The translations under genes were made by a program, and so were the position numbers. Of a DNA stretch of 64,000 nt, positions 26,247 through 38,249 are shown in pieces. How positions within the stretch are numbered: position 1 is the stretch's first letter; every line of letters starts with the position of its first letter. The DNA is from Sphaerodactylus townsendi. Lineage: Eukaryota. The notes under the pieces are model-generated. The model saw only the letters and a program-made list of their open reading frames with translations, made no database searches and was not told the DNA's origin. The DNA lies in assembly GCF_021028975.2 (NCBI RefSeq), contig NC_059433.1, positions 49,972,001 to 50,036,000 on the forward strand, read 5' to 3'.

Positions 26247-27609
26247 GATTTTGAATAATAAGGATGATTGGCATTATGCTTTTGTTTTCTCACTGTTAGC
26301 AAATAAAAGTAGGTCTTTCCACATCCCACATTGTAATGTACATGGTATCACCATGCTTCATTTAACTGTTTAGCCAATATATTCCATTCTAGCTATACTA
26401 ATGTAATCAATTATAATTATTTCAAAGGCAAAACACTGGTGAATTGCCAGTTCTAACAATAAACCCAAACATCTGGTCAAGTGTGATTCCGTGCATGCAA
26501 CTGATGGGGATGCGAATGCACTGGTTCCAATGTTCAGTTACCTAGCTGCTGTCAGTACATGGTGAAGCATAAGATTAGGTCATCTGCACAGAATATGAGG
26601 TCCCAAGAGCTGATACGTTTCTTATTTGGGGGAGCTTTAAAGGAAGGCTCATAAAACTATGGTAATTGCCTGTTAAGAAAGATACTATCCTTTGAGAAAA
26701 TTTGCTTTGAAAATTGTAAGAGATTAATAATTACACATATCTTATTGCAATGAAGGTTACTTCCTTTTAAAATCCTCTGTAATGTACCTGGTGGCAAAAG
26801 CTGACATAAAAACCTGACATTTCTAAATTATGTTAAGGTCTTCGTTTCCATTTGCCTATTTTTTGTTGTTGCCATTTCAATATTAGTTTGCCTTGTACGA
26901 CACAGATGAACAAACCAGTTGTGCTACTTTTCTTTCTTGAATGAATTTGTGCTTACTAATACAATCATTTTAATACTAACTAGCCCATAGAATGCGTGTG
27001 TATGAGAGGGATGCTTCCATTCGATCAAGATAATGAAGACCAAAGCTCAATAACAGACCTTTTATCCTGATCCTTCCTCTGTTCCAGGTTGGGCCTTGTA
27101 AAAGTTCAGTGCATTTTCATGCAGCCTGTGAAGTCACTTTCTTGTTAAACAATGAGAACTTTCCACTTTTAGATTACTTTTAGAAATGTTAAATCGCAAC
27201 ATATTTAAATATTCTAAATAAGTGAAAATATCATGGCATTTTTCCCTTAAACATATCCCTGTCAAAGAGAAACAGGGGCCATTTATGCACATACTATTCA
27301 CTGCATTTAAGCAGTGTGTCCTCAATTTTTATCTTGCAATCAGGTTTTTCTGCTTGCTACCCTCCCCTTTTTAATATGTTTACGGTTTTTTTTGTTTGTT
27401 TCCACTGTTGTAGTTACCCTCTTCCTTTCTGGGTCATTCTGCCATTTTGTCCACCAGCCTGCTTTGTTGCTGTGCATTCTGGGAAGTTGCCTGCCAGCTT
27501 TTATTTGGGGTGGGAATCAGGTTTATTGACAGTTTGCTAACCATGGGTGGAAAAAAATCTGGCTATGAATTTCATTGTTGCAAACCTGGTCATCTCAGGT
27601 CTCAGAGGT

Positions 27610-28140
27610 TTTAGTTGCACATGTTCACATCACCCACAGGGATCCACAAAAGTTGTGGGAGCATTGTGAGATGGGGAGGGGGCGGTGGCAGAAGCATGAA
27701 CACAGCATGATCGCCCTTGCATTCCATGTTAAACATCCTCCTGCTTTAGTATTGTTCCAAGAAAAAACCTGGCGGTCAGGAGGTTCAGGTGTGTTTCTCA
27801 ACTAACCAAGCATTTTCATTCGATGAAATGAAATCAATACACAGTCCCATCAATACACAGAACCATGATTTTTTTTTTTTAAAAAAAAGGAATTTCCCCC
27901 GCATAAATCCCCCAAACATTTCAATTGTCACAAAATGGAGGACACTTGGGGAGAGCAAAAAAAATGTGGAAATCTTTACACAAACTGATCTTCTCTTTTT
28001 CTGCAGAGCATTTGGAAAATGAGGGGATTGTCAATTCTGAAAGCAGGGTTGATTCCAAAAAGGGGGGAATGTATGCATAAACAAAAATCTGACCCGAAGG
28101 GATGTACTCTGAGGAGAGCATACATGTGTAAATGGTCTGG
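27610..28140. mobile_element. Possible degraded Harbinger-like MITE
   Basis: Weak inverted ends TTGCACATGT / ACATGTGTAAATGGTC; interior style resembles the other MITEs. Confidence 0.3.
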
Positions 28141-28754
28141 GTCATCAGAACTGAAGATATAGACTATTGTATTTGGCAGAAGTAAAAATCAGTAAAATGA
28201 GGAAGGAACTCCTCAAATATGTAGAAGAAGGTCTATACCTGCAGCAATTCAATGACTCTACTGAATAATATTTTTGTAGATTGTTGAATGAATCTATTAC
28301 AAAACCTGTTATAGTTTAGACATATTGGTCATATGTAAGTGTCCTTAATGTATCAGCTTAGAGTGTTCTGTACTGTAACCATGCACTTTTTGTAATGTCT
28401 GATTTTCTTGTCCATTATATTCTTAGGTGCCACTAACTAGCCTTGTGAAGTGGATACAAGACTGGTTCACATCCATGTTATTGATTTGTATATATTGTGT
28501 ATTTACAGGATTTCCATTAAAGTGTTTGTATTGATATGCACAATTCTTTTGATTCATGAAATAAATCACATCATCTGAATTTTGTTACACCCTTTCTCCA
28601 AGAATCTCAGGAAAATGTACAGCCCCATATTTTTAATTTTATAATAGTTTAAGCTGAGAGATTTGATAATGAGTGTCCTGGGAGTTTTGTGGCTTTGGGT
28701 TCCTACCTCAACACTAGCTACTATTGAATGGAAAGAGAGATGGGTTCAGTCTGC

Positions 28755-30014
28755 CATAAGAACATAGGAACATAAGAACAAGCCAGCTGGATCAGACCAG
28801 AGTCCATCTAGTCCAGCTCTCTGCTGCTCGCAGTGGCCCACCAGGTGCCTTTGGGAGCTCACATGTAGGATGTGAACGCAATGGCCTTCTGCGGCTGTTG
28901 CTCCCGATCACCTGGTCTGTTAAGGCATTTGCAATCTCAGATCAAGAGGATCAAGATTGGTAGCCATAAATCGACTTCTCCTCCATAAATCTGTCCAAGC
29001 CCCTTTTAAAGCTATCCAGGTTAGTGGCCATCACCACCTCCTGTGGCAGCATATTCCAAACACCAATCACACGTTGCGTGAAGAAGTGTTTCCTTTTATT
29101 AGTCCTAATTCTTCCCCCCAGCATTTTCAATGAATGCCCCCTGGTTCTAGTATTGTGAGAAAGAGAGAAAAATTTCTCTCTGTCAACATTTTCTACCCCA
29201 TGCATAATTTTGTAGACTTCAATCATATCCCCCTCATGCAGCCTCCTCTCCAAACTAAAAGGAGTCCCAAACGCTGCAGCCTCTCCTCATAGGGAAGGTG
29301 CTCCAGTCCCTCAATCATCCTTGTTGCCCTTCTCTGCACTTTTTTTCTATCTCTCATGATATCAGCTTTTTGAGATGCGGCGACCAGAACTGGACACGAG
29401 TACTCCGGCAAGTCGCGGTCGCACCACTGCTTTATATAAGTGGCATGCATTCAATCTTTGCAGTTTTTTTATTATCAATTCCTTTTCTAATGATCCCCAG
29501 CATAGAGTTTGCCTTTTTCACAGCTGCCATGCATTGAGTTGACATTCCCATGGAACTATCAACTAAAGACGGCTTTTAAATCCCTTTCCTTGGTCTTTGT
29601 GAGGCTGATAGCACTGGACCCCAGTAGCATGTATGTGAGAGTTTGGATTTTTTGCCCCTATGTTGCATCACTTTACATTTTGCTATATACATTGAACTGC
29701 ATTTGCCATTTCTGAGCTCCACTCCACCCTAATTTATCAACAAGGGTCCGCTTTGGAGCTCTTCAGAATCCTTTGTGGTTCTCAACCAACTTCTACATAA
29801 TTTGGTATCATCTGCAAACTTGGCCACCACGCTACCCACCCCTACTTCCAGGTCATTTATGAATAGGTTAAAGAGCACTGGTCCCAAAACGGATCCTTGG
29901 GGGACACCACTCCCTACATCTCTCCATTGTGAGAACTTCCCATTTACACCCACTCTTTGTTTCCTGTTTCTCAACCAGTTTTTAATCCATAGGAGGACTT
30001 CCCCTCTTATTCCT
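28755..30014 (-). mobile_element. CR1 LINE, 5'-truncated (RT C-terminal half plus 3' UTR)
   Basis: ORF track gives [21 protein letters not shown]...[29 protein letters not shown] and TRTRGHSLK...FFTQRVIGVWNMLPQEVV. 8-bp microsatellite tail (CATAAGAA)n at 28755-28780. Frameshifted. Confidence 0.95.
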
Positions 30015-31307
30015 TCAACTTCTCCTCCATAAATCAAGTCCATAAAACAAATAGTTTGTTTATATCTTGCCTTGGTGTTCTGTTGCCATAAAAGTACAGT
30101 TGATATGAAAGGTTTTCCCTATTTAAAAAAAATCTGGGCTTATAAGACCTAGGAAATGAGTATGTCCAGCTCCTATAATTAATTTACAGTATGTAGCTAT
30201 TGCGCATCAAGTATCTATTGATCACTGAAAGAATATTCTCATGAGATTTCCTAAGCACACAAAGCATAAATTAATTTGCCATGTAATTAACTAAAAATGA
30301 CTGTCAAGGGAAATTAATATTATGGAAAAAATTTCTGCATACTATGTAAATGGTAATTTTAATAACTATGGTAAATGATGTGTCAAACTCATCTTACAAC
30401 AGTAGTACCATTGAGGTAGGTTTGAGGAAGGAAACTACTGTCTCTGGTGTTTCATACGAACATCGATCACTCATCAGGACTTCCTGTAAGTCTCAGTTTT
30501 AATAGTAACTCTCTTAATTCTCTGTATAACCCTTTAGTAGACATACTGTCCAAAGAAGGTGTTCTGTTTGCACTATACATAGAAAAAATTTAAATGCGTA
30601 GGTGTTAAAATGTTCTAGGGCATGTCTAGATGTGTAGTCTATTTAATATATTCTCTTTACTTCTGCTGTAGCTGCCTTGGTTGCCATAGTTCCTTCCCTA
30701 CCCCTGGCAATATTGCCACCATAGTCTAGTCTTTATCAACCTCCTAGAAAGGTCCTCAACAAAACCAAGGAAGGAAACATAAGCACATTCTGCTTGGTTA
30801 CTGGATGCAGCCATTAAAGCATAGGTTTTCTCAGTCCCAGGCCAAGATGAGGCTGTCATGGCTCTCCAGGACAAATAGGACCCTCCAGCCAAGTAGCTTC
30901 TCACCAGTGTAGCACCTGGGTACCAGAAAGTGGTAGGGAAAGGATGTCTGTCCTCTTGAAGACAGAAGAAGATCATGTGAGCAAGCTGATCAGAGGACCA
31001 TAAAATCAGGAGACAGTGGGTAGGTCTGAATCAGATGGTGAGACTGAGTTAGCATTTTAGATGCGTGGCAGTATGCAGCAATTCCAAACTAAATCGAGTG
31101 CCTTACCTGCTTAATTCTACAGTTAAAGCATACCTTCTGTTGTGTACACATCCCTTCCCCAAGTCATTTCACCAATCACTAGGCATTTAAAAGTAGTACT
31201 CTCCCTGGAAAATGTTATATATTTGCAATAGATAAAGAAGTTAAAATTAAGTTATTTGACAGTTGACTCCTATGAGAAATAAATTGTAAAATGTAGGATG
31301 AGGTGAG

Positions 31308-32200
31308 TAGAATCATAGAATCATAAAGTTGAAAGAGACCACAAAGGCCATCAAGTCCAACCCCCTGCCATGCAGGAACATACAATCAAGGTATTCTTGA
31401 CATATGACCATCCAGCCTCTGTTTTAAAAGGACATTCCACTACCCTCCAAGGCAGCATATTCCACTATTGAACAGGCCTTACTTCTTCCTAATTTTAGGT
31501 GGAATCTCTTTTCTCATAGTTTGAATCCTTTCCTCCTTGTCCTAGCCCTGGAACAGCAGAAAACAAGCTTGCTACCTCTTCAACATGACATCACCCTTCT
31601 CTTCTCCAGACTAAACATACCCAGCTCCCTATGGCCCTTTCCGCACGGCCAACTTGCGGGGGTGCAGCGGCAGAGTTTATGCCACTGCACCCCCGTGGGA
31701 CCATTCACACGGACGGTCCCGCTGGGTGCACCACCTGCAGTGCAGCCTTCACACAGGCTGCGCCACTCCCAAACACTGCTTACCTCCTGTCTCCTTCCAT
31801 CGTGTTGTGGAGGCCAGGGGATATGCCCCCCCTCCCGGCCAGAGCGACTACCATGGAATCAGAGGCCAGGAGGCGTGTCTCCTGGCCTCCACAACGTGAC
31901 AGAAGGAGACTGGAGGTAAGCAGTGTTTGGGAGGGCCGGGGGAGAAATGCCGGCTTCCACCTGGTGCCGTTTGCATGGCACCGAATGGAAGCCAGCGTTT
32001 GCAAAAACCATGCTCCCCGGGTGAGGTTTGAAAACACTGTTTTGGCGGGAACAGAGTGCCGCTGCACCAATTTGGCAGCGGCGCCTGTGCGAAGGGTCCC
32101 TGCCAAAACGGTGTTTTACCAGGCTGAAATAATTGATTTTGGCCCATGCGGAAAGGGCCTAAGTCTCTTCTCACAGGACATGGATTCCAGACCTTTTATC
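31308..32200 (-). mobile_element. CR1 LINE 3' fragment split by a MITE (CR1 parts 31308-31632 and 32160-32200)
   Basis: (CATAGAAT)n tail and GGCCATCAAGTCCAACCCCCTGC 3' motif. CTCCAGACTAAACATACCCAGCTCCC resumes as TAAGTCTCTTCTCACAGG after the MITE. Confidence 0.85.
31633..32159. mobile_element. PIF/Harbinger-like MITE with fold-back core
   Basis: TIRs GGCCCTTTCCGCA / TGCGGAAAGGGCC; TSD TAT/TAA (one mismatch); about 55-bp internal inverted repeat spanning 31767-31932; CpG-rich. Confidence 0.88.
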
Positions 32201-32207
32201 TTTTATC

Positions 32208-32291
32208 ACTGCAATCCTGTGCAGAGTTACTCCAGTCTAAACCCACTGAAATTAATGTGCTTAGACTAGAATAACTCTTTAGGGTTGTACT
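32208..32291. mobile_element. Small palindromic MITE-like hairpin repeat
   Basis: GCAATCCTGTGCAGAGTTACTCCAGTCTAA...TTAGACTAGAATAACTCTTTAGGGTTGT forms a near-complete fold-back. Confidence 0.65.
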
Positions 32292-32851
32292 ATTCGTCAT
32301 ATTTTATTTGATTAAAAGTTTTTAATGATGTTGGTCAGAACATTTGAGTCAAAAAGAAAGTGGAGTAGCATAAGCTAACATGTATTCAGCTCAAGAGGGC
32401 AAGTAATTCATCCTCTGTTTTTCTAGGATTTTGACTCACGTTCCCTTGAGCTTCTTCTATGTATTCTTTGCATTCTGGAGAGGGTTTTTTTTTTGTTTTG
32501 GGGTTTTTTGTTTTGTTTTTTCTATAGGCCATCTGAAAAATGCAAGGCTTTTAGGCTTTTCAGTCAAAGCAGAAAATGCTGTTACTTTTTAGTCACCTGG
32601 GTAAACAGGTTAAACTCATTAGTCGAAGCCTAGAGGTGAACTTTTGCTCTTGAGCCACTTGGATGGCTACAGGCCTCTCAATAAAAACCTGAAAGTGACC
32701 TCTGTTGATTCTTAATATGAGATTCATCTCCCAGCAGTCTGTTCTGTTCTATTCAACTTACCAGCCATGGCAGGAAAATCCCTGCTGGTTGCTTTAGCAG
32801 CTGGCCAGAGTCTCCTGTCCTATTCTTACCCAAGGGCCAAATATGTGTTAC

Positions 32852-33050
32852 TGCAGAAAAAGGTCTGAGTCCATTGGCATCTTTAAGACCAACGAAGTTT
32901 TATTGTTGGTACAGACTTGTGTGTGCCTGCACACTTCTTCAGATACATACAAAAGCTTATACCAAGACTAAAACTTTGTTGGTCTTAAAAGTGCACTGAA
33001 CTTAAACTTTTTTTCTGCTGCTTCAGACCAACATAGCTATCCACTTGAAT
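32852..33050. mobile_element. Second Penelope-like family, inverted pLTR fragment with degenerate hammerhead
   Basis: TAAGACCAACGAAGTTTTA (left) and TAAAACTTTGTTGGTCTTA (right) are inverted copies. Minus strand 32910-32946 reads ATCTGAAGAAGTGTGCAGGCACAC, i.e. a CUGANGA box plus GUGUG/CACAC helix II; the GAAA box is lost. Confidence 0.7.
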
Positions 33051-34024
33051 GCATTACTTTGTTAGGCTGTAGATTCAGTATCACCAAGACGCTGAAAAGG
33101 TGACATCACTCCTAGTCTGCTGCCTACACTAAGCCTCTATGTAAGCAGACATCTGCCTTTTTATCTACTAACATGAAAATAGATCTCATTATTCCAAATG
33201 TCAAATTATTCCACATTATTTTTATTAAAAAAACCCAATGCTAAGGTATTCCTCAAGTAGCTAGCAGCATATGTTAATATTTAGCATGCATATGAAAAGT
33301 ACTTCTTAAAGGTTATATCTATTTTCTCTCTGAAAAGGAAGCCATTTTTAATTAAAGGAGGGGAAATTCACTATAAACATTAGCTGGCCAGAAGGGAGGC
33401 TATCCTCGTTGCTTTGTTTCTTTTATGATTTAGGCCAATTACAGTAGTTTTCCAACAGAGAAGAACAGCATATGTCACTGGGCAGAGGAACTTCAGGATG
33501 AATAAATGCCCAAATGTTCCAGTAGGTATAAGCCAAATTTGTACTACTAAGTACTTTCTTTTCATATTTCTGTGCACTTAATTAACTGCACAATATGCCA
33601 GAGATACTCTAATATGTCCACAGAGTCTAGAATTACTCTGTCGGCACATACTAAATTATTATGATGGTGAAGTGTGTTCATCAAGTTTTTTCTGGGGACT
33701 GTGAAATAATAAATTACTATTGTAACATTTGGAGGTCAGACCAGCATTTACCAAGAAATAACTGGCTGTTATTTTAGTCATGGTATGCCAGGCCTTAGAT
33801 AGACACCCATATCAGGAAACAGTCCAAGCCTCTTGTTTTTAGGACTGATTCACAGATTACATTCAAATTGGGACTATAGTGCCCATGGAGTAGGGGTTTC
33901 AGCCACCCACTCCCCATGTTATTTTCCAGTCCTGAAACAGTTTGTAGGAGGGGTACTTAGCTCACTGAGGAAAGCCATATATTTCCTGAGTACAAGTTTG
34001 GCCAGGCTTTCTCAAAAGGGAGTG

Positions 34025-34384
34025 TAATAAAACATTATTCACAGCAGTAATAAAACATTTTGAAAGCATTTTAAGTCGTATGACTTAAGTGTAATACTTT
34101 AAGTGTAATAACAGTTGTTAAACATTTTGAAAGCATTTTGAACATGTTGTCAAAATTTTTTATCTCTGCTGTGTGCCATGGCCCATTGCTGTGTTCAGAT
34201 TTGTGAGTTGAGAAATGTTCTATAGCGTGATGGTGGCTTTGAGATGACCTGGTGCAAAAAATCATTCTTTGGTTGTAGTGGCCTTTGGTCATGGTGGGGG
34301 GAGGGTGGCTGCCCATACGGAGGTGGGGAGGAGCACAAAACTCAGATTTTGCCCCAGGTTCCATTTTTCCTAGCTATGCCTCTG
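34025..34384. mobile_element. Truncated copy of the hAT-like family seen at 55410-57450 (right end only)
   Basis: 34190-34384 aligns with 57250-57450 (TGTTCAGATTTGTGAGTTG...CAAAACTCAGATTTT...CTAGCTA.(G/A)CCTCTG). Confidence 0.75.
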
Positions 34385-35422
34385 ATGTAACCATTTGTTG
34401 TTATTTTTGATATTTGGTGGTATTCTGTGGTTTTTCTTTACTTGGAGCATATTTGTGCATGGCAGAAAGGTGGGGGTGTTTCCTTAAGAACTGAATCTAG
34501 ATGAGGCTTGTTGCTTAAGAAAGAAAAATCCTTTGTTGTTAAGGACATACATGAATGAATGAGCATTCTAGCTATCAGTCTAAATGAATACGAAAAAGAT
34601 AGATGACAGCATATCTTTTCCTAACTGTGCTGCATCAAGAGGCTTTCATTTATTTTAGATATAGCAAATATATATGTATTAGCTGTACACAAGTTAAGAA
34701 AAGCTATCCCTTTAAGATATGGGGTCACATGTATATCATTCTGCCCTGTGATTGGCATAGGTTAGTTCCTTTCCGGGGCAGTGTGAGCCCATGAAAGATT
34801 ATTCCCTTTGTTCAACATAGCAAAGGAAGGATGGGTCAAACCATTCCCTTTTTCATGGCAGAACTAGAAGTTAAAAGGATAAACTCTGCACAGACTTCAC
34901 AGCCCAAAAAGACTGCAGATGAAATGTTAGTCTTTGCAAACTGCATGAATGCATAAGTCTCCAAGAAAATAACATGGGGAGTGCGTGGCTGAACTGAAGT
35001 ATGTGTAGAATTCTTACTGTTGATACTACTCAAGTATGAGATGGAGTTGTCTCTCAGATGAGAATGGTAGTTAGACAAATAAGTAGGAAGAGAAGGAAGT
35101 GAACCAGATGGAATGAGAATCCTTGAGAATAGCAATCTTGGTAAACCTATCTAGCCTGGTAGGTCTACTGCCCCCTCAGGACTACTAGTGTACTCTGTAC
35201 AATTGGATATTGTGCATTCCTTAACCTCTGACACTGTAAGTTGCTTTGAATCTGCAGTGAGTGGAGAAGGGAAAGCTAAACGTTCCTAAATAAATAAGAA
35301 GGAACCACAACACAACCTCTTGCACATATTGCTGAATTCACCCTCACTTTGCTCCAACATATATATGGCAAGTTCATGCTGTCATTTGTCTGTATCTTTC
35401 CTTTTTTCTAAGGTGCTCACAG

Positions 35423-35656
35423 TAGTATTGTCAATTCCTGGTTGGAAAATTCCTAGAGGTTCGGGGGTAGAGACTGGGGCAGAATGGAGTTTGGGGAGGA
35501 GAACAAGGTCAGCAGGGATGTGATGCCATAGATCCACCTTCTGAAGCTGCCATTTCCTTCAGATGAAATCATTTCATAGTCTGGAGATCACTTGTAATTA
35601 CAGAAGAGTTCCTGCAATCTCCCCCCACCCTCCACTGCCCAGTGCTGACAAGCCTA
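35423..35656. mobile_element. Short hAT-like element, AGGGTTGCCA family, diverged copy
   Basis: GGTTGGAAAATTCCTAGAGG...GATGCCATAGA...CTGGAGATCACTTGTAATT matches 18888-19112. Confidence 0.65.
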
Positions 35657-35864
35657 ACTCACAACAAAATGTCTGCCTCACAGTCATAACACTGTGACAT
35701 ATAGCTTTATTTACTGCATATACATTGCATATACATTGCATCATAAAGTCTCAGATACTATCCCCAGTTTTTGAAAAAATCCTATTTCAAGCCTGGGAAA
35801 GCCTGAACCTCTGAAAGCAGCTGCATGTCAGAGTAGATATTACTGGAGCTGGGTAGACTAATGA

Positions 35865-36579
35865 TGTGGCGTTTCCCCTAGTTGCCCCGGCCCCGCAAGT
35901 GGCTGTACCGACCCACCTTCCCTGACCTGGGGGTTGGACTCCCCAGACGATGTTATCTTAGCCTGGCCCTGAGGGCCAAGGAACAGTCTTGCCCACAGGG
36001 CGCCTTGCGTTAGGCCACGCCTTGTACCCTCCTCCCGTACCCTGGCCTGGGGTCCCGGCGCTGTTTGCCAGAGCCACCAGCTTGCCTGACCCCTCTCCCT
36101 CTCGCTCTCTCTGTTGTCTCACAGAAGAGAGCCCTCTGATTGCTTCTCCCCTTCCCCGGCTTCCTTGCCCCACCCTGTTATGCTTCACAGGGGTGGGGTG
36201 GGTGAGCAGCCGGTGTGAAGCCCGGGGCTCACCAGCCTGTTTCCCCACAGTGCTGGGCAGCCACCCCTTCTAAGCTCCTTGTCTCTCTACCACTCCCTTC
36301 CCCTGCCAATGCCCTCCCCAGTCCCTGCTGCAGCGGCAGCTCATCACTCTCTCTCACAGCCGGTTCAGCTGTGAGAGGCCCCTCCCTACCAACACTCACT
36401 CTGCTGGCTTTTACTCTGCTGTTATCCTGCTGTCTCTCCCTTTGCCAGCCCTTGCCCTGCCTGCTGTGCTGAGTCTGGGCGCTGGGGACAGGGCCGCGCT
36501 CGGACACATGGCTTGATTCACTAAACTGTGCTATACGTAAGTTGTGCTGAGGTGGACTGTCTTCCTCTCGACCACCACA
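35865..36579. mobile_element. GC-rich solo-LTR-like element
   Basis: TGTGG...CCACA terminal inverted pentamers bound a sharply GC/CpG-rich block of about 715 bp. No TSD found. Confidence 0.45.
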
Positions 36580-36777
36580 CATATCACAGAAATTATCTGA
36601 ATGTAGTTTTCATCAACCTGACCCAACACTCTAGTCACTGCCCCATATTGTGCCCCACTTTCAATTTGTGATCAACAGGGTGGTAAGCCATGCCTCCAAA
36701 CACACACTCTCAATTCCACAGTGCATATCAGGTTGGCATATCATCCAAGCCAGCCCAGAAACTAGACTGCAAAGTCT

Positions 36778-38249
36778 TGGATATCCAAACTAGTGGGAGT
36801 CTCTCCCTTTTAAACTGGGGGATTAGCAAGAGCAGACTCTTGGCTTAGCAAAATGTCAGGCATGCTCAAGATCTTGTTTGCCTATGTTTTACAAAAGTCA
36901 GCTTTTGCAAGATATTCTATTTTAGCAAGCCTTTATTGGCATAAACAATACAACAATAGTAAATAACTGATTTTTAAAAATAAATAAATACACAATACAG
37001 GAAATAAATGTTAAGTGAAGGGAAATCTATTGGCATTTAATAATTTCCAGGAGAAAGTCTGCCACTATCATCCAGAGAGAAGGAGCAGGATTGTCCAGCA
37101 AGTAGTGTTATCTGAACAAATCAGGGAGATCGGGTAAGTGTAAAGGAGTAAGATTCACGTACTTGGATATTATTTCCTTAAATCTGAAACAGTGTAATAA
37201 TTGGTGGGCCAGAGATTCAACTGAGCCAGCATTACACAATCTTTTAGGCTTTTCTTGCTTGTTAAATCTGCCATGTAACAAAGCAGAAGGCATAACATTA
37301 AACCTGGCGAGCATTATGGCTGTCCTTTGAATGGGGTTTATTAAGCAATACAAGTAGTGTGCCAAGTGGCCCTGTTCAAATGGGATAGAAAAATACAGGG
37401 GAAAGCAAGTTTTCTTGGCTGCAGTGATTAGGGTAGAGAACTCTCTATCCAATAGCTGACCTTTTAAGAAATTCCGCAACAGAGTGAATAAAGTTTAATA
37501 GTTTTATTAAGGGATAATGGAGGTATTCAAGAACACAATAATCAAAACAGCAGAACATACACACAGTCCTGGGATATAAGCAGTTGTGAGTGGATAGGTC
37601 TGGAATAGATGAGGGAATTGCGGAGTAAGGGTTATAGTCATCTGATCTTGGAGTGTAATGGTCCAATGAACAGAACTGAGCAACCCACGTTTAACTCTGG
37701 AAGAACAATGCATTGTGGACAAGAGAGGTGTCCAGAGATATTGAACAAGGGCTACTGGAAGAGGGGGCTTCTTATAGGGGAAAAGGAACCATTGGGGCTA
37801 TTCAGAGTGACTCCTAGTTTCCCAGGACAAAGAGAAGTCCTGCCTTTCTGGGGAAAGACAAGAGATAGACATCAGCATTAATGGTTGGGTTGTTACCATT
37901 ATGGGGTGAGGCATCAGTTTGATGTTCAAAGCACAGGAGTGCCTGAAGGGGGAAGGTAGCTGAGGAAATTACAGCTAAAGAACAATGGCAATGCAAATGA
38001 GGTGGTCATTAAAGGTATTAGTCAGAAGAAGGAGCACTGAGTTAAAGCAACACAGGCAAGCATATTAATATGTCCTTTGTCATTGCAGGGGTGTATGGTT
38101 CAAAGCTGGAAATGGGAACATTCTCCAGGCTAGGGTCATTAATCCTCTTAATCCTTACAGGAAGGGTGTGAGACAGGCACTTTGCAGGGCAAAGATGGGC
38201 ATGGGCAAAATATAACAGATACACTTCTATCTGCTACAAGGCCTTAACA
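36778..38249 (-). mobile_element. Solo LTR (same family as 12437-13306), interrupted by a LINE
   Basis: Homologous to 12437-12905 on both sides of the LINE. Minus strand has CTATAAG (37771-37777) and AATAAA (37503-37508). Ends in TAACA. Confidence 0.7.
36918..37465 (-). mobile_element. Non-LTR retrotransposon 3' fragment, RTE-X-like (C-terminal zinc-knuckle region)
   Basis: ORF 37108-37479 contains ARFNVMPSALLHGRF...KRLCNAGSVESLAHQLLHC, a degenerate CCHC. AATAAA near the 3' end (TTTATT 36932-36937). Imperfect TSD AAGATATTC / AAGAAATTC. Confidence 0.75.

Noticed and set aside
31521-32269. Overlapping ORFs on both strands with similar peptides (QTLLTS)
   Set aside because: Explained by the MITE's internal inverted repeat.
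12437-38249. Two same-family LTRs as the ends of one provirus
   Set aside because: 24 kb apart, no gag/pol/env between them, divergent halves and no shared TSD.
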